Origin: an uncultured Gammaproteobacteria bacterium
GTDB taxonomy: Bacteria; Patescibacteriota; Microgenomatia; Levybacterales; UBA12049
NCBI GenBank assembly: GCA_964653195.1
Contig: CAZZCX010000001.1
Span: 35,290 to 99,289 of the forward strand
Length of the DNA stretch: 64,000 bases
Reading direction: 5' to 3'
The notes under the pieces were generated by a model. That model did not search any database. It worked only from the letters and a program-made list of their open reading frames with translations, and was not told the DNA's origin. This document shows positions 60,995-64,000 of this stretch, piece by piece. How positions within the stretch are numbered: position 1 is the stretch's first letter; each line of letters opens with the position of its first letter. The position numbers were made by a program, and so were the translations under genes.

Positions 60995-63991
60995 TTAGTG
61001 TTGAATTGAATGGGTCTGACAGATCATTTTAAATTCACAATTTTGGCATATTATACCGCCAGAACAAATAAATTTACTTGTACTGATCTCAGCTACTTTT
61101 TCTGTAATTTGCTGTTTGATTACATCAAGTTGTGACCTTGTTCTAACTGTTGATACCTTTATATCCTGATCGACATACCAGAGGGAAAGGATGACATTTT
61201 CAGGATTACGGTGAAATATTTCGCTTTGGACTTCTGAGGCAGCTAAAGCATAAATTGATAGCTGTAAATCCACATCAAGTTTTTTTTGATCCGGTATCTT
61301 ATACCCAGTCTTATAATCAATAATTTCAATTTTCTCATTATCTAATGAGTCGATTCGATCAATTCTACCTCCAACTTTTAAGCTTGATCCATCTAGTTTT
61401 TTTATGAAGAAACCGAATGCTGTTTCTAGAGCTAGAGGACTTGCTTTTTTATTTGTCTCGTTATTCAAAAAGCGAGTTAAAGATGCCTGAGCATTTATGA
61501 AAGCTTGATTCATGTGTTCTTTGCTTTCAAAGCCAGTAGTGAGCCAATTACGCCTAAGTAATGAATCTATGGATAATTTATTTACATCTTCGTTTGCCAT
61601 TTTTAAATTGAAATAATCTTTTAGAGTGTTATGTATTGAAATTCCTATATTTTGTGCACTAGATGGAGGAGTTGGAATTTTGAGAATATTCTTTAATTTA
61701 TAATGTAACGGACAGATGTCAAAAGATTGGATTTGAGAATAAGAAATGTAGGTGATCGGTACTGGTGTATGGGTGGTAGGTTGTTGCTCGTTATTTGCCG
61801 AATCTATATCATCTTTGCCATTTGTTAACTCCTGCTGCACTTGGTCGTTGGCCAAATCAAGGAGAGAAAGCTGCTTTATTGATTGAGTATACTTCTCTTT
61901 ATTTAATAATTTTTTAACAATTTCTTCACCTATAGCTTCATAAACAAATGGTGAAATTTTTCGAATTGTCTTGCCTTCACTATAATATTGGGATGCGCAA
62001 AGGTATAAGAAACGTTTTGCGCGTGTCATCCCTACGTAAAACAATCTTCTTTCCTCCTGTAGATTATAATCCCCAACGGGCAGTATTTCTTTTATAAGTT
62101 CAATAGATACTGGTATTTGTTCTTTGCGTGCACGTGTTGGAAATCTTTGCGTTACAAGGTTGACTAGAAATACAGCCTTAAATTCAAGACCTTTACTTGA
62201 ATGGATAGTTAAAATATTTACAGCATTGGTATCTGCCCAATCCATATCAGCAGCCTTTGGGCTTTCACCAAGCTGCATAGCAAGTTCAATCCATTCAGAG
62301 GTAGCAAAAACTGATGAATCAATGTGACTGGACTCAAATTCTTTCAACTTTTCAAAAAATTTAGCAACATTTTGAGCACGTTTCTCATCTTGGGGTAATG
62401 AGGCTGCTAGATAATTCTGCAGTAAACCTGAGTCTTCTAGAAAATAGTATAAAATTTGCCCAGCAGTGTCTCTTGGGATTCGTTTAAGATGTTTATTAAT
62501 CATTAAAGTAATTCTTTTTACTTTTTCTTTGGTTACGTCTTTTATATAAATTTGCTCGACTTTTTCTATGGCCTCGAAAAGACTTAGGTTTTGTATTTTT
62601 GCATAATTTATAATTGCTGCGATATCTCGAGCGTCAAGATCAAAAACAGGCATACTAAGGAGGCGATACATAGCGGAGTTATCTTGGAAGTTGGATAAAA
62701 CTTTAAGGTAAGATACTAAATCTTTAATTTCTTCTTGATGAAACAAATGGCCAGGTCCTAAAAACTGATATGGTATTTTAGATCTTTCAAGGCAGCGTAC
62801 AAAAGGCTGTGAATGATCATTTGCTCGAACGAGAATCGCTATATCTTTATATAATAGACCTTTTTCATTCACCAGTTTCTTTATACTTTTTTTGACTTGT
62901 TCTGCTTCATTCTCTATGTTATTGGTGTATAAAAATTCAACAATGCTGTCTGTTTGAACCAGCTTGCTTGCTGAAATGGAAGGATTCAGCATTTCTTGAT
63001 CATTTTTCATGGCAATTAATCTTTTGTCAATTTTTTCTTTGAATTCTAGGCGGTCAGGGTTATTGTGTTGAATTAACTGGTATGCTGAGTCTAGAATCTC
63101 TTTAGATGACCTGTAATTTTTAATAAGTGTAACTATTGTCGCTTGCGGAAAATTCTTTCTGAACTGGATGATATTTGCAATTGCTGCACCTCTCCATCTG
63201 TAAATTGATTGATCGTCGTCTCCTACTACGTTGATATTTTTTTTATCACCAGCTATCAGCATTGCAAGTGTATTTTGAGCGAAGTTTGTATCCTGAAACT
63301 CGTCAACGAGTGTATACTTGAATTTTTCTTGGTAGTATTTTAAGATGTTTGGTCGCTCTCGAAATAAACGAAGAACATTGGCGTTTAAATCCGAGAAATC
63401 CATAATGCCTTCTTGTGATTTGATTTCTTCATAAATTGCATAAGTATTTGCTAATTCAAATATTTTTTTTACTTCGTTTTTTTCCTGCGTTTTATCTTTT
63501 GCAAATTTTTCTGCAAATTTCTTATAATCTTTGGTTGTTATATCATCATCTTTAAGCCGATTAAAATGCTGTATAAGTCCTTGCAAAAATTTATATGGAC
63601 TACCTAAAGGCCTAAAGTAATCAAGTTTTAATTTAAATATATTTTTTTTTAGTAATAGCATCGCTTCAGCCTCAGTTGATAGCTTATAAGAAGGATTTAG
63701 TCCAATGTGTATAGCTTCATCACGAAGGATGCGATCACAGAATGAATGAAAAGTTGATATCCAAAGCTGTGTATATCCGTAAGGAAGTACTACATCAACT
63801 CGGGATTCCATCTCTAACGCTGCTTTTTCAGTAAAAGTTAATGCAAGTATACTGGATGGATCAATTTGTTTTTCAAGTATTAAGTGTTTAATGCGTTGGG
63901 TGACAACAGTAGTTTTACCAGTTCCAGCTCCCGCAATAATAAGTAATGGTCCTTGTCCATGCTTGACTGCTTTGAGTTGTTCTTCATTCAA
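60995..63991 (-). CDS. UvrD-family helicase fused to a C-terminal PD-(D/E)xK (RecB/Cas4-like) nuclease with a 4-Cys cluster; the N-terminus runs to or past the window edge
   Basis: AGAGTGKTT Walker A and UvrD motifs. C-terminal IDYKTGY nuclease motif and C..C...C......C Fe-S-type cysteines. The first codon at the window edge is TTG. Confidence 0.75.
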   Translation of the reverse strand: MNEEQLKAVKHGQGPLLIIAGAGTGKTTVVTQRIKHLILEKQIDPSSILALTFTEKAALEMESRVDVVLPYGYTQLWISTFHSFCDRILRDEAIHIGLNPSYKLSTEAEAMLLLKKNIFKLKLDYFRPLGSPYKFLQGLIQHFNRLKDDDITTKDYKKFAEKFAKDKTQEKNEVKKIFELANTYAIYEEIKSQEGIMDFSDLNANVLRLFRERPNILKYYQEKFKYTLVDEFQDTNFAQNTLAMLIAGDKKNINVVGDDDQSIYRWRGAAIANIIQFRKNFPQATIVTLIKNYRSSKEILDSAYQLIQHNNPDRLEFKEKIDKRLIAMKNDQEMLNPSISASKLVQTDSIVEFLYTNNIENEAEQVKKSIKKLVNEKGLLYKDIAILVRANDHSQPFVRCLERSKIPYQFLGPGHLFHQEEIKDLVSYLKVLSNFQDNSAMYRLLSMPVFDLDARDIAAIINYAKIQNLSLFEAIEKVEQIYIKDVTKEKVKRITLMINKHLKRIPRDTAGQILYYFLEDSGLLQNYLAASLPQDEKRAQNVAKFFEKLKEFESSHIDSSVFATSEWIELAMQLGESPKAADMDWADTNAVNILTIHSSKGLEFKAVFLVNLVTQRFPTRARKEQIPVSIELIKEILPVGDYNLQEERRLFYVGMTRAKRFLYLCASQYYSEGKTIRKISPFVYEAIGEEIVKKLLNKEKYTQSIKQLSLLDLANDQVQQELTNGKDDIDSANNEQQPTTHTPVPITYISYSQIQSFDICPLHYKLKNILKIPTPPSSAQNIGISIHNTLKDYFNLKMANEDVNKLSIDSLLRRNWLTTGFESKEHMNQAFINAQASLTRFLNNETNKKASPLALETAFGFFIKKLDGSSLKVGGRIDRIDSLDNEKIEIIDYKTGYKIPDQKKLDVDLQLSIYALAASEVQSEIFHRNPENVILSLWYVDQDIKVSTVRTRSQLDVIKQQITEKVAEISTSKFICSGGIICQNCEFKMICQTHSIQH

Positions 63992-64000
63992 CTCAATTAG

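Noticed and set aside
1-64000. CRISPR arrays, rRNA genes, IS/transposase/integrase genes, prophage
   Set aside because: No regularly spaced direct repeats were seen. No rRNA-like conserved stretches. No transposase, integrase or phage structural motifs in any ORF.

Overview
This is a low-GC (roughly 33-38%), gene-dense bacterial window using the standard genetic code (TGA is a stop, e.g. rpsJ ends KM-TGA). Its core is a contiguous S10-spc-alpha ribosomal superoperon running from tuf to rpsI (about 25.1-43.9 kb). Several hallmarks point to a reduced, Candidate-Phyla-Radiation/Patescibacteria-like genome: L30 is absent, with S5 directly abutting L15; L24 and S14 are zinc-ribbon types; L3, L4, L22 and L17 carry extensions; and an extra P-loop kinase is wedged between adk and map. 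The window also contains fusA separated from tuf by a four-gene cell-envelope island, a glycosylation cluster (three GT-C membrane transferases, a GT4, a methyltransferase and an FAD oxidoreductase), a PilN/PilO-like pilus assembly operon, recA-recX, tRNA-Pro(GGG), a long RNase P RNA, RNase Y, HU, an ABC-2 transporter with four permeases, two UvrD-family helicases (one fused to a Cas4/AddB-like Fe-S nuclease) and a block of envelope-associated hypothetical genes. The most unusual locus is at 51.2-54.0 kb. It holds an AsnRS-type class-II catalytic core that lacks the anticodon-binding domain and is fused to a C-terminal MGS-like domain. Next to it is a UPRTase-family phosphoribosyltransferase with a long N-terminal extension. 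A stem-loop plus U9 sits exactly on the start codon of the AsnRS-like gene. No CRISPR array, rRNA, transposase or integrase was seen.
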